NCBI RefSeq assembly: GCF_001194135.2
Contig: NC_068983.1
Span: forward strand, 85,089,181 to 85,153,180
Source: Octopus bimaculoides
Taxonomy: Eukaryota
Direction of reading: 5' to 3'
Length of the DNA: 64,000 bases
The notes under the pieces: model-generated
Seen by the model: the letters and a program-made list of their open reading frames with translations, nothing else
Told to the model about the DNA's origin: nothing
The model's database searches: none
Part shown: positions 12,951-25,849 of the stretch, one piece after another
Layout of the letters: each line of letters opens with the position of its first letter
Position numbering within the stretch: position 1 is the stretch's first letter
Made by a program: the position numbers and the translations under genes

Positions 12951-13473
12951 TAGTCCCAGAGCGCACAATGTTCCTGAAGGTCAGCAATGGTCTTCCTTGG
13001 TCACGAGTGGACGGCCATCACATCATGTATGTATGTGTGTGTGTAGGGTATCCAGCCATAGAAACAATGTCACAACATACAGTTGGAGTTTGGACAGCTC
13101 CCTGCTAGCCAGCTCCATGTCAAACCATCCAACCCATACTAACATGGAAGGTGGATGTTAAATGATGATGATGATGATATATATATAAGTGTGCATGTGT
13201 GTGTTTCTATGTGTGTATTTGTGTTTGTGCCCCACCACCACTTGACAACTGGTGTTGGTTTATTTATGACCTCATAACTTGACAGTTTGGCAAAAAGAAA
13301 GCAAATAAGTACTGCAGTCGATTTGTTCAACTAAATCCTTCAAGGTGATGCTCCAGCATGGCTGCTTTCCAATGACTGAAACAAGTAAAAGAAACAATGA
13401 ATAGTAAATATTCTAGGTTTCATCAAAATTCTATAAAAAAAAGAACCCAAAGACAATGAAAAAGAAAACAAAA

Positions 13474-13479
13474 TTTATT
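13474..13479 (-). terminator. Probable MRPS17 polyadenylation signal (AATAAA)
   Basis: TTTATT on the plus strand, about 92 nt past the MRPS17 stop codon. Confidence 0.55.
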
Positions 13480-13571
13480 CAATAAATTCCTATAAAAAAA
13501 ACAGTCATATTTCAAATGTCTAAACCAATGTTCAATAGATGTTATATTTTAAGATAATTAAGTATGGTGTA

Positions 13572-13808
13572 TCAGGAAGGTTTATTAAGTAGTTTTTCCC
13601 TGATTTCCATGTCAACAAACTTAGTCCCAGCACAATTTTTTCCAGTGATAGGATCCACTACAGCACCATTTTTGAACAGCAGGCTTTGGATTTGATGAGT
13701 AATCTGAAGAGAGGGCCGCTCTTTCAGTCTGTCAATTACAACTACATCGCCAATATCGCATATTTTCTGTGGATCAAGTGCCCAGTAGGAAGAACGCTTG
13801 TTGAAGTA
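13572..13808 (-). CDS. MRPS17: MRPS17 coding exon 2 (terminal)
   Basis: Acceptor tatttttcag|TAC, phase 0. Encodes YFNKRSSYWALDPQKICDIGDVVVIDRLKERPSLQITHQIQSLLFKNGAVVDPITGKNCAGTKFVDMEIREKLLNKPS*, matching the MRPS17 motifs YFNKR, C-x-x-GD-x-V and G-x-V-x-DP-x-TGK-x-CAG. Joined protein is 117 aa; intron 13809-18635. Confidence 0.95.
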   Translation of the reverse strand, partial: YFNKRSSYWALDPQKICDIGDVVVIDRLKERPSLQITHQIQSLLFKNGAVVDPITGKNCAGTKFVDMEIREKLLNKPS

Positions 13809-14240
13809 CTGAAAAATATTAATAAGCATATTTAGAGAGCAAATATTACATCATACATATACACATACACAAACACAATCACATATAGAAACATACATAT
13901 ATATATACACACACACACATACAGACACATATACACCTACATATCCACACATACATACATACAAATTAAAGAAAATGGACTTAACGACATTATTTAAAAT
14001 CACTGCAATTGTTTTGATGCATTCTCACACCAGTAGTTCATAGTTGAAATGTTACACAGCCATCATCTTACATCCTAGGTGTAGAATGCATCTCCTCAGG
14101 TAAGATAACCTACAAGATTTTTACCCAAATTTCACTTAACTATACATACATATTTACATATATATATGTGTGTGTGTGTATATATNNNNNNNNNNNNNNN
14201 NNNNNNNNNNNNNNNNNNNNNNNNNNNNNNNNNNNNTATA

Positions 14241-15491
14241 TATCAGGCTGAGCAAAAGTTAAGCAATGTTTTGAAACATGAAATTCATTACAATATTTTT
14301 CGTCAATGCAGAAATTTTATCCATCAAAGAAAGTACCATTACAATCAACACATTTTTGCCAACGAGTTCATTTATTCCGGTAACATAAAAATCTGGGGTT
14401 CTGGAGCTGATGAACTCTTTGAATGCACTTTCAGCATTGGTTTGATTTTTGAACTCCTTCTCTTACAGGAAACCACCAAGGTGGTTGGAAAAGTGGTAGT
14501 TGGTCGGAGAAAGGTCTGGGGAATAAGCTGGGTGGGGAAGAACTTTGTAGACAAGTTCCCTCAACTTCTGGAGTGTCATTAGTGAAATGTGTGGTCAAGC
14601 ATTGTCATGAAGAATAACTGGCCCTCTTCTGTTGACCAGTCTGGGATGGAGGAGTAGCAGTTTTCTGGGCAATTTCACAGCAATATGTTTCTACAGTAAT
14701 GGTTTTTCCAGGTTTTAAGAAGTTATATTCGAGGAGTCCAACAGTACACCACCAAGCAGTCACCATAACCTTCTTTTTGAAGAGCTCGGGTTAAGGGAAA
14801 GTTGTCAGTGCTTCATTTTGGTCCAACTACTGAGAAGAATATTTTTTATCATTGTACAGAATCCACTTTTCATCACAAGTTACAATACGGTCAAGAAATG
14901 GATTGGCCTAGTTATAGAGAAGAAGCAACAAGCAAATTTCATATCTGCGCATTTTCTGATTTTCATTCAAATTGTGTGGTACCCATTTGTTGAGCTTTTT
15001 TGATTTTCCGATTGCATGCAAATGGTTGCAGGCAGTTTTCTGGCTAACTTGAAGTTCTGTTGCCAGTTCTCAAGTGGTTTTACTTAGATCTTTCTCAATG
15101 ACGGTCTTTAATTGACCGTCATTGATGACAGATAGGCATCCACTACACTCACGAACTTCAAGGCTCAGGTTTCCACTGCGAAATCGTTTAAACCATTTTC
15201 GAGTTGAACGCTCACTGGTCATTTCCTCGATATTGCGAGCAGTTTCAGTAGCTTTTTGTGAAGTTGAATAGCAAAATTGCTCGAATATTGTGCTTTGACA
15301 GTTCCATTTCAGATGATTGTAACAACAGTGAAAAAAATAACAATGTTAATTTATTGATGCATTTGGGCAAGTCTATGTCTGTATTATTAGACAATTGCAA
15401 AAAAATGTTTAAAAAAATTCAAAACTCTGCAAACATCCAGTACAAATTCTTCATGGTTCAAAACATTGCTTATTTTTTACTCAACCTGATA
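14241..15491 (-). mobile_element. Near full-length, decayed Hsmar1-like mariner in the MRPS17 intron
   Basis: TIRs TA-TCAGGCTGAGCAAAAGTTAAGCAATGTTTT and AAAACATTGCTTATTTTTTACTCAACCTGA-TA; element about 1.25 kb. Transposase starts MELSKHNIRAILLFNF..KATETARNI at 15307 and ends with HPAYSPDLSPTDYHF-like remnants; many stops and frameshifts. Confidence 0.9.
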
Positions 15492-18400
15492 TCTTATGTT
15501 ACATTATATTGCATTATCTTATACTATATTATATAATGTATTAAAAATATGACTATGTTTGATTTTTTGTGTAGTTTTCATATTCAGTTATTAATCCTTT
15601 ATGCTTGGTTTGAAGCAATGAGTTCTGAATTTTATCAATCTGATATTTCATGAAATGCAAGCAGCACATTTTGTGGTAAGTTGCAAAGGGTCTCGGAAAT
15701 CATTTTATAACTGAAAAATTCTTCAATGCCAGAATTAAAATTATATCTCATAAAACAGAACACACATAACCACAAGCTCAAACAATCACACCAGAATGAA
15801 AATCTCCTGATTAACAGAAAACTACAAACTAACACACTACACACTGGATCATATAATCTTAGAAACCTGTTAACAGGGTTAATTAAGGTTGGTATGTTTT
15901 TTGAGCAAAGCTGATTTGGAGTTAAATAACAATAAACTTGAGATAGCCTAAGCCTTCAAGGAATTACAACACCAATAAATATATTCAACATAAAAATAAA
16001 TATATTCAATAATATATTGAATAAATATATTCAACTATATTCAACATAATTAAATACCAAATTTAAGCATAACCACTATTATAAATTGACAGGATCCTTG
16101 TGTGAGACTTTGTCATGATAACCTCACTTCAACCATCTGGCTGCTCACTTTGTAATTTCTGAGAAGACTGGAGCCTGGTGTAGCCATCTGGTTTCACCAG
16201 TCCTCAGTCAAATCGTCCAACCCATGCTAGCATGGAAAGCAGATGTTAAACGATGATGATGATGATGACAGCAAGGAATGTAGAATGCAGAAAAAGGCTA
16301 CTTAATAAATAGTGGGTTCCAATTTTGGAACAAGGCCAGCAATTTTAGAACAAGGAGTAAGTCAATTACAACACCAGCAGTGCTCAACTAGTACTTATTT
16401 TATCAACCCTGAAAAGAATAAAAGGCAAAGTTGACCTAGGTGGAATTCAAACTCAGAATGTAAAGATGGATGAAATGCTGCTAAGCATTTTGCCGGCATG
16501 CTTACAATTCTGCCAGCTCACCAACTTCTACTTTATAAATACTCCAACTTCTTTGCATGATACAAAGTAGTGTGCATAGAAACAATGAGACTATGAAATC
16601 TAAATGGTATAAAATTCATCAAGGTGGTAGGAAACAAAATTCAAGGAGAGATGAAAGCTTTGAGCTATTTCATATTTATTTCAAGCCACCAGTACAATAG
16701 TAAAATGCAGTAGCACTGCCAAAGTGATGGCTACAACAGAAGACAGCAGAAAGTTAATGAAATATTTTACAAATGAATTTAGTCAATGGTCCATCTTAGT
16801 GGCAATAAAAAATTAGTAGCTGTAACATAGAAATAGAATAAATTTAATTTCCATAGCTACCCAGAGTCTGACTTCAGTATTTTATTTCTATCTGTACACA
16901 ATGTCACAAATACAGTTGATTAAATCAATCTCAGTGCTTGATTGGTACATATTTTATCAATCGACAAAGAATGAAAAGTATAGTCGACATAAAGAGCGTG
17001 ACTAAAATACTTCAAAGAGTACCTCAACGACAAGTGATTGAGACCTCTGGCAATTTGCTATGCTTGAGAAGACACCAAAACAAGTGAAATCATAGTCATG
17101 ACTAGTGCTGGTGACATGTAAAAGGCAGCCACTATACTCTTGGAGTGGTTGGCATTAGGAAGGGCATCCAGCTATGGAAACCAAGCTAAACCAGATGATT
17201 ATCATCATCATTTTTACAAATTTATATTCTATACATGGGAATTCATACAACTATGAAAAAAATTTTGGTGAAGGTAAAGAATATGCACACCAGGTGGTTA
17301 GGGTGAGGGTTTTTGTTAGGCTGAAAACGGGTGGTGTGCGTAGTCTTTAGCACTTACAAAATTTTTTATGTGTGTGATTTAAGGGCGATTTAGTTGTTAT
17401 TTTTAGCACATCTCACGACCACCTTATCTTCTTTGTCTGTCACTCTGACATATTTATATTTTTCAATATTTTTCTCCCCATAAACACATTAAATGGAATG
17501 ATCATGCACTGGAGTGTGCTCCATTGCCACATTTAAGCAAAAAAGCTCAGTCTGTCCGTATTTTAAGAGTGGACATTTGGGAATTTATGGGGTGAGAGTC
17601 GGGAAATCAGAAAAAAATTTGGTTAATGTTTACATCTTGAGCCAGAAATGAAAAGCCAAAAAAAAAAAATACTGGAATAGGTGTAAAACAATGTGTAGGA
17701 AATGAATAGGAAAAAAGAAAAAAAAAACGCGTGCAAAGCAACAGGAAGGTGCGGGAGAGGACTGCGGAACAAATATTACATGGTATTTTGTCCGACGTTT
17801 TCACAATTCTGCCAGTCTACTAACCTTCATTATACTCAAAGGTGATGAAAATACCAGGCATTAAGGGAACCGGAAGTTATGTTGTTTTATAACTTTCCCC
17901 AAGGACAGTGAAGTCATTACTATCAAATTCAAGAGAACGAGTTAAATAACAATGCTCCGACGAAACTGGTTGAAAGCTGGTACCGAAAATCTGAACTCTG
18001 AAACTAGATAACCAATCTCTTACATCACCACGACCGTGATCTCGAAAGACTATGTTACCCAGTATACCAAATACAAATTGAAACCGAAAAATTATATAAA
18101 ATACTAGCATGAATGATAAGGATTAAATTTTACAAAGAAATAACCAGTAATGCTTCAACATTCAAGACATCGAACATATCTATATCTAATAATAGCTGTA
18201 GTAAAAAGGATAGTATTGCTGTCTTCATCTAGTAGTAACACCACTAGTTTGCAAAGGCGAGAGAACAAAACATCTTGCACGTGTATTCTTTTTTCTTATA
18301 TTAGTTTCAGTTTTCTCTTTTCTACTCTCTATCATATATTGTTGAATTTATGAGCAGAATATGAAAGGATACCTAACGGTCTAGCACCGACTCTTCTACA

Positions 18401-18635
18401 CATAAAAAATAATAATTCTTTTAAATTTTGACACGAAGCTATCAGTTTTGAAGGGAGGGGCAAGTCGATAACATCAATCTCCAGAACTTAACTGATATTT
18501 TATTTTATCGACCACGAAAGAATGAAAAGCAAAGTCGCCCTTAGAATAATACGGAGCTTATATAGTACGATGTAGTCTATATTACAAAAAATAAGCAAAT
18601 AAGAAAATTCTAATTAAAAAATATAAAAACTTTAC

Positions 18636-18752
18636 CTTTAACAGATATCTATCTAAAGAAAGTTTAAGACATTGCACTCTGTAGGCATGAGGGTTGACTG
18701 TACTTCGTTTAACAACATGTCCCACTAAGATTCTACGAACAGTAGCCGCCAT
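18636..18752 (-). CDS. MRPS17: Mitochondrial ribosomal protein S17 (uS17m), coding exon 1
   Basis: ATG at 18752 gives MAATVRRILVGHVVKRSTVNPHAYRVQCLKLSLDRYLLK (39 codons), then a phase-0 donor AAG|GTAAAG. It resembles the N-terminal half of metazoan MRPS17 (human ...[29 protein letters not shown], recalled). The ORF track's upstream start at 18773 is a TTG. Confidence 0.93.
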
Positions 18753-20888
18753 GATAGCTGCCTTCGTAAACAAAGTTATGTCCCTTGCTTCTCACTGAAT
18801 TACGTCCCTTCATTCATGGTGTAATAATTTTGTTAATCGAACAAACTGTCATTATACATAAGAAAGGTCAGATATTTAGTTTTAAGGTTAGATAGTCTGG
18901 GTTTTAACCCCCTTATCTATCTAGCAATAACTTGAGCCAGCTGTTAATTTATCCTCCTTTTTTATTGAGATGTGGCTGAGAAGAAGAAGAAATAAAAAAG
19001 GCCTATGAAAAAAAAAATTCACGTACATGGATGTATGCATGCATGACTTTATTATTTTTTTTCTTTATTAGTATTCTTCCTAGAAGTAGGAAGCTGGTTT
19101 TTAACAAAGAAACAAAAGCTTCATCACTTGAATAACAACAATTTGTATGACGACAACGATAATTATTACATAGCAAAAAATACTTGCATATTTTTTAGTG
19201 ATCTACCAACGGATTACATCTGTAAAGTCCCTGTCAACAAGTCTTTCTTTGCTTGAATACCCTAGATTTTCCAGATTCTCGCTTAGATATGTAATATATA
19301 TATGTACACACACACACACACATATATATGTATGTATGTAGTGGAGGCGCAATGGCGGAAATTACTTTGAATATTGAATTTTGTGTGTCCTATTTCTAAT
19401 TTTTGCAGACAATATTACTTTTATATTTTATTTGACACTTGAGTAGAACTCCTGCCTGGAAACCTCGTGACAGACTTAGGTTGTTGAAAAAATCGATAAT
19501 AGGGCCCTTCCAATGGATCCTTCTATCTACTACATATTATTAATATTTAAACAACCAAAGGGAAATAACCCATACTACCTGCTGATTTTAGCAAACCGAT
19601 CAATATTTGATTCTCATGATCAGCCGACCTAATTCTGCATTTCACTACTCACAGTTTGAACTGCTAAACATTATTATTGCACTTCCTTAATTTGAATCTT
19701 AAACATTAAGGACTTCATTCATACATTTCTATACATACATACTTTTTTGAATGCCCGTTACTCCGATAATTCTGCATTTTTACAGTTACACTTTTTCCAT
19801 GACAGTAGATAAATTTTTTAATCCACAATGTATTTGTAGTGGCTTCATGCAGGAATAGCGTGAATTTGATCCTCGATTGACAAATTTCACTTAACACTTC
19901 AACAGCGCTTTTCTCATAGTAAAACAATAGTTTTTGAAGTTGAAAGGATTTGTATTAGAAAGAGGAAATTAGATTTTATTAGGGAGAAAATGTTTACTTC
20001 TGTAGTTTTATGAATTTTATTCGTTATTAAGAATTTTTTGGAGTGAAAAAATGACGCAGTGACCTAACAAATTGTATTTAGAATATTAATTGCAATTCTT
20101 TAATCCAAGAAATTTGGAATTGTGTAAATGTATGAATTTCAAACATACACACACACACAAAAAATCTGCCTTTTATAGTATAGATACGCAATTTAATTCC
20201 GTTCCAGTTTATTATGGAATATGTCTAAGTCTTGTTACTTTTCTTCCAACCACTTATGAAGAACCGTATTTTTTTTTCTTTTCGAAAGAATGTTTTCGTT
20301 AACTTCTAACATAAAACAGATACTCGATTGTGTGTGTGTTTTTTTTGTTTTTGTTTTTGTTTTTTTTTTAATACAACAAAATACACTTTTCTAACAAGGT
20401 GAGAAAATTTTGGCATAAACTGCTAAGGTAGGAATTGCAAGGGGAAACTTTGAGAACTTTGGCCAGCACTTTCCTAATTCAATATCAACATTTACAAAAT
20501 ACATATAGGGAGTGGGCAAAATGAAGTATTTTACTGCATTTTTTATTTTGAGACAAAATATATTTTTTTACAAATGTTTACTACCTTACGAAAACTATAT
20601 CAGAAATGCAAATGGCCTTCCCTAAATGCATTAAAAGCATTATAACATAAGCTGATAAATAACTATTTCAGAAAATTATCGCCGTTCCCTTTGAGCATAT
20701 AAAATACAAATTTGGCTGGGACAAAATGAGTAAGACAAGATACGGTAAATTTGCCTCTTCAGTTCTCCAGAAAACAGACTCATATACAACAGTATCTATC
20801 TCTAGACAGCAGAAAGATCAGAGATCCAAATAAATAAAAATATAAATAAATATCAAGGTCAAATGAAAGGCTCATGGAAAAATATACG

Positions 20889-21428
20889 CAAACTGACCAC
20901 ATTCAGCCCCTCGCAACTACCCTACAATGACATTTAAAAATATTGTATCACATCATCAAAATCTCGAAGTGACAAGATAATGCATAATTAATTTAAAACA
21001 ATGTGAATCAATAAGCATTACATTTGACAGAGTAATCTGGATGCTGAAGGGTTAAAAAGTTTACTTCCCAATCATATTGTTTTAGGTTCTGCTCCACTTC
21101 ACAGCACCTTAGACATGTGTCTTCTACTATAGCTATAGGTTGATCAAAGCCTTGTGAGTGGAACTGGTAGATGGAAACTGTAAGAAGCTTGTCATATATG
21201 TATGTGTGCATGCTTATCTCGACATCACATGCTAGTTGTCTCTCATACAAGCAGTGCCTTTCATTTCCAGTCTTCCATGAAAACATGTCCAACCAAGGAG
21301 AATTATTACTTCACTTGGAAACAGACAAGGAAGGGCATCTGGCTGTAAAAGATCCACCTCAACAAATTCTCTTTGGTCCATACAAGCATGGAAAAGCAAA
21401 CATTCAAATGATCATTGTGATCATGATG
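20889..21428 (+). repeat. Left arm of 540-bp inverted duplication
   Basis: Reverse complement of 25850-26389; the ORF track shows matching translations at 21171-21431(+)/25867-26106(-) and 21008-21292(-)/25985-26209(+). Confidence 0.97.
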
Positions 21429-22178
21429 TGAAATCAAAGAAATTTGACTAAATAAAAAAAAAGCTCAACATAAGATACATTTATAGCCTCTTCACCATCT
21501 GCTGGGATGCCCTTTTCGTGATTTTTTCTTCACCAAGCAGTTAAAGAGAAGAAATTATTGAAATTAAACATTACTCATTTTACCATATTTCAGACATCAT
21601 GTTTTGAAACTGAAAATTATCAAACTAGACATTAGTGTGGGAAAAAAATGACTTGGAATCCAACAGAGAAAAGAATATTGATTGTTAAACACTAAAAATT
21701 ATCTAGATATTTTATTAGCAACCTCAATTACAATTGGGTGACAGTTGAGGAAAAATTTCTGGTAAAAAAGACCTGCTACCTGACTCTCGTCTTCAGCAAT
21801 TATGCTGACCAATTTTTACTCTTAAAGATGATGCAACTGTACAAAATAATAATGAACACTTGCAATGTAATGATCTGAAACAGGTAGGGAGAAAATGACA
21901 AGAAATCAGAAGTTACTAAATTTCCCCCCTCCCCTTCCTAATAATAAGTTTCGGAGTTTATACTTGGTTAGCTTGTTTGTATCTGAAATCGTGCGTTAAA
22001 ATTGCAGAGTCATGATAGCCATTAAAAACACGTTCATACATTCACTTTTGTTTATTTTATTTCTTGATAGTGTTGTATATTAAAACTGTCAATAAGTTTC
22101 GGACTGATCAATGAAAATGTTTACAAACAAGAAAGCATGAGGAATAAATTGGTTTTGTTACTGTGTGAAATGAGTTGG

Positions 22179-22215
22179 TGACGTAGCGGAAGTTGGTATC
22201 ACGTGCTCAGATTGG
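22179..22215 (+). promoter_or_regulatory. MED15 core/proximal promoter motif cluster
   Basis: TGACGTA (CRE-like, 22179), CGGAAGT (ETS, 22187), CACGTG (E-box, 22200) and ATTGG (reverse CCAAT, 22211) within 40 nt, 40-75 nt upstream of the MED15 ATG, in a CpG-retaining patch. Function is inferred from motif identity only. Confidence 0.6.
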
Positions 22216-22252
22216 TTGTCACGACAGAACAATATTCTATGGTATCTCCATT

Positions 22253-22314
22253 ATGTCAGACATGCAGAACGAGTGGAAAACCACGGAATTTCGTAACAGG
22301 GTCGTCATACAGAT
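22253..22314 (+). CDS. MED15: Mediator subunit 15, coding exon 1 (start of KIX domain)
   Basis: MSDMQNEWKTTEFRNRVVIQ plus AT|GTAAGT (phase 2). Compare human MDVSGQETDWRSTAFRQKLVSQI, whose exon ends at the same position (recalled). Confidence 0.9.
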
Positions 22315-25300
22315 GTAAGTCTTATTAATTTATGCTTTTCGTTGTAAAGTTAATCATATATTTTTGTATTTAAATGATTGAAGGAAAATGTAGAATAAAC
22401 AATTATATATTACAATTTATAATTACATTTACTGTTCTTCGTAAAGTAAACTGAGTCGTCAAATAAACATGCTGCAAAGAATTACAAATACACTCAATGT
22501 TTAACAACAACGTACAACGCTAAGCGAGTAAATATCCCACTATTCCCTTTTATTGTAGTTAGTTGATGATTTTTTTTTAAAGGAACCCTTTTCCGGCTTA
22601 AAACTAGCTCTGCGTATCCCTGTCATTGTAAACATGAGTTTACGGAATCAAAGTTTCGGTTGAAGATGAAAATATTAACCTTCCTCTCTTCCTTTAATAT
22701 TTGAATATTCTTTAGTCGAGGCGAATAAATAGTTGTTTTTATTGTTAACAGTTTTCTTAAAACTTATGCATATATTACAAAGTAATACTATCGTTAGAAT
22801 TATTTCACTTTATACATTTTTGTTTCATTAGATTTTTTAAAAAGATTGTATCAAAATAATTTTGAAACTCTCTCCAAACAGTTCGTGACGATCTTGAAGA
22901 CTTGGTTCTATTTAATGTTGTGTGTGGATTGGAAATGGAGAGTTTTGATAAACATTTAGGCCTTTCTTAACGGCATTAACAATATTCCTTTAATCACAAA
23001 TAGCGATTCTAAGTTGTTGAACCCGAGTCAATCTGAAATGGTTCATCTTTTGCAGATTGTTTTGGTTTCATTATCAATCCTGTGTACTTAGAACCTAAGA
23101 TCGCCTGAAATGTTTAAGAAAAAATGAAATTGGAAGTCAGTTTATTATACTCCTTCCCAATATTATGCTATTCTTCAGTAAGTGTTCTGTTAATATTGTC
23201 TGTAACTTGATAATATTACTGAACCGGCTGCAGCTTTTTTTTATCCGCCACATTTTTCTTTCAGTCAGTTTGAGTTATTTGTAGCCTTCCCTTACAATAA
23301 AATTATAATAGTTGGAAGCTTAGTTTAAATTTGTATTGGTTCTAAAATAAAGTCTTGTTCATTTAACTCTGTTACTAGACAATACAGTCATTTATGTGAA
23401 TTGTTATACTGTGTTAGCAAGAGCCTGTCGGCTCTCACTTCTATCCAACTGTAGTTATGTATATTACTCTAATCCGTTGCAGTAAAATCTAATTTTTGTT
23501 GAATGTCCATGTTGCTACTCTGTAATCAAAGCTGTTCACATTCTCTGCTCACGTTCAGTCATTAGATCTCTTAATTAGAAGGCCCAACGAATTTTTCGAA
23601 CAGCGTGTGTATGAAATTGCTTCTATCTTCACCTTTCTCTCTGTATAAATATTGAAATATGTAAATACGTATCAATTATTCCTATCACCAAACTAGGTAA
23701 CCTCTTTGACAGTGCCAAACCCTAGCTTCCTGCTTTTCTGCTCTTGGTAATGCCACTGAGTAAGTACCCTCGGCTACTTGTGTCCTGACTGGCACCAAAC
23801 CCAACCTTTGCACAATGTAATCTATATTCTAACAGAACATGCTTATCTTACTGTGCATAATGTTTGCTTCCTGAACTGTCTTATAGCAAATACACTTCAC
23901 CTTCGGGTTTTAAAAAAATTGGGTGGGGGAGGATCCCTTCCTTTTGATGGGCAACTCGATTAATTAATTTTCTTTGACTAAACACTTTGAAACTTCGGAT
24001 ACTGGTAAAATGTGTCTTATAGAACATTGAGAAAAGTTTCTATTTACGAAGTTATTTCGTGTTAAAGTTGTATTTCAGTAATTTCAACTAATCAATGACG
24101 TGTGATCAGCTGAATAAAATTACTGCTGTTGTTTGTCAACAACAACTTCCGGCGGTGTATATTTCGTTTGTTACTGTTATTTATGACATATTTCATCTAA
24201 GTTATGTTCGTATGAATAAACGAGTGTATCTGAAGCACGTTTACTTCATGACACCACCTTAATCGTTCGTGCATTTCTACTGCTTTTAGATTTTTTCTCT
24301 GTTTTTCAGCTACTATTTTCGTAAAGACTCCCCCCCCCATTTTCTCGCAAATTATTGTTTTTTGGGGGGTTTTTTCTTTGCAAAAAATCTAGCTTTTCGG
24401 ATATCCATGTCAGCTTGGATTGCTTTTGTGAATGGAGATTTCAAAAATAAACTCCATTGAAGGCATAACCCACTTCTCTTCAACAATCTTAAATGCAATT
24501 TCTTCAAACTTCAAAGAAGTATTCTTGCACCATATCAACACACACTTAAAATCACTACAGCTGCATCACAATGTTTGATAAATTCTCTTGGGATCTTCAC
24601 ATAAATAACATTGCCATATCTTCAGATTTGTTTTCTGTTCTGAGCAAGACGGTACTGCTACTCTGATCACTTGCTCAACATTTATCACATATTTGAAGCA
24701 GTGTGATTGACATGCACATCCATTGTTAAACCACGTTATAATCACCTCACATGTTCATGTTATTCCTATGCTAAGCAAGAATCTCCTACCCATGCTTCTC
24801 TTCCACATAAAGCTTAATATCTATCTTCTCAATCATCACCATTGTTGTTTTAACATCCACTTTTCCATGCTTGCATGTGTCAGACAGAATTTGTTGAGGC
24901 AGATTTTCTACAGCTGGATGCCCTTTCTGTCACCAGCCCTCTCCTGTTTTCAAGCCAGGTAATACTTCACCATGGCCAGTCATGTCTTTATGGAAGATAA
25001 AGAAGACAGTGCTTGCAGTGACACTCATTCACAACTATTACATGATGTTATGACAAGGAGAAAAGAAATTAGATACTGCAATCTTGGATGCACTAAGTCT
25101 GAGAAAAAAAATGAAAGACCGAGTAGTCATGACTGAAATTCCTTTGGTCATTGGTGTGTTAAATCAGAGTGCACAACAATTAGCTAAAAACTGAAAATTA
25201 TAGTTCACCAATGTTATCCACTTGAGGTTATGAATTACATCAAACTTTGCACAAGCATGCAAAATGCATACAACACTAGCATTACAGTGATATCACATAT

Positions 25301-25849
25301 GTAAATAGTGAAGATATTAACCAGATACATTTATATATTAACACGACTAGAGTACTAAATATATAATACTAAACAACATCAAACCTAACCCATACACAGT
25401 TTAATACCAGACATGCATATTTTCCATAAACAAAGATTTCAAAAAATATTTTGTAATGAGCACACAATGACTTGTTCTCATTTAGCAACAACACAACTCT
25501 GTTAAGAATACTTCTTATCTCAAAAATACACCACTAAAATACTATATTTCTTAGTTTTCATAAATAAATTGCAGCTAAAATCAAATATTGCCTTCAACTG
25601 CTAATCTTTATAATGCCTGGTCTTTCTTGATAGCATAATTTTTAAGAAACATGAAGCACTTATCATCTGAACAGGTAGGCAGTGTACCTTAAATTTGAGA
25701 ACTTATTTAAAGTCATACACCAATCACATAGATGAGTCAGAAAAGCAGCCCTTTGGTGTCTTTCCCATTTGCATAGAAATGGCAACTAAATATATTTGAA
25801 GTCATAGCTTACCATCTTATAGAAGGAATGATATTGTCTTTGGTATACT

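Noticed and set aside
15972-16050. Short AATAAATATATTCAAC repeats; considered as a CRISPR-like or other regular array
   Set aside because: Irregular low-complexity AT repeats without unique spacers, in a eukaryotic context.
17825-17861. MPGIFITFE resembles the N-terminus of bacterial thymidylate kinase
   Set aside because: The P-loop (GxxGxGKT) does not follow; a nine-residue coincidence.
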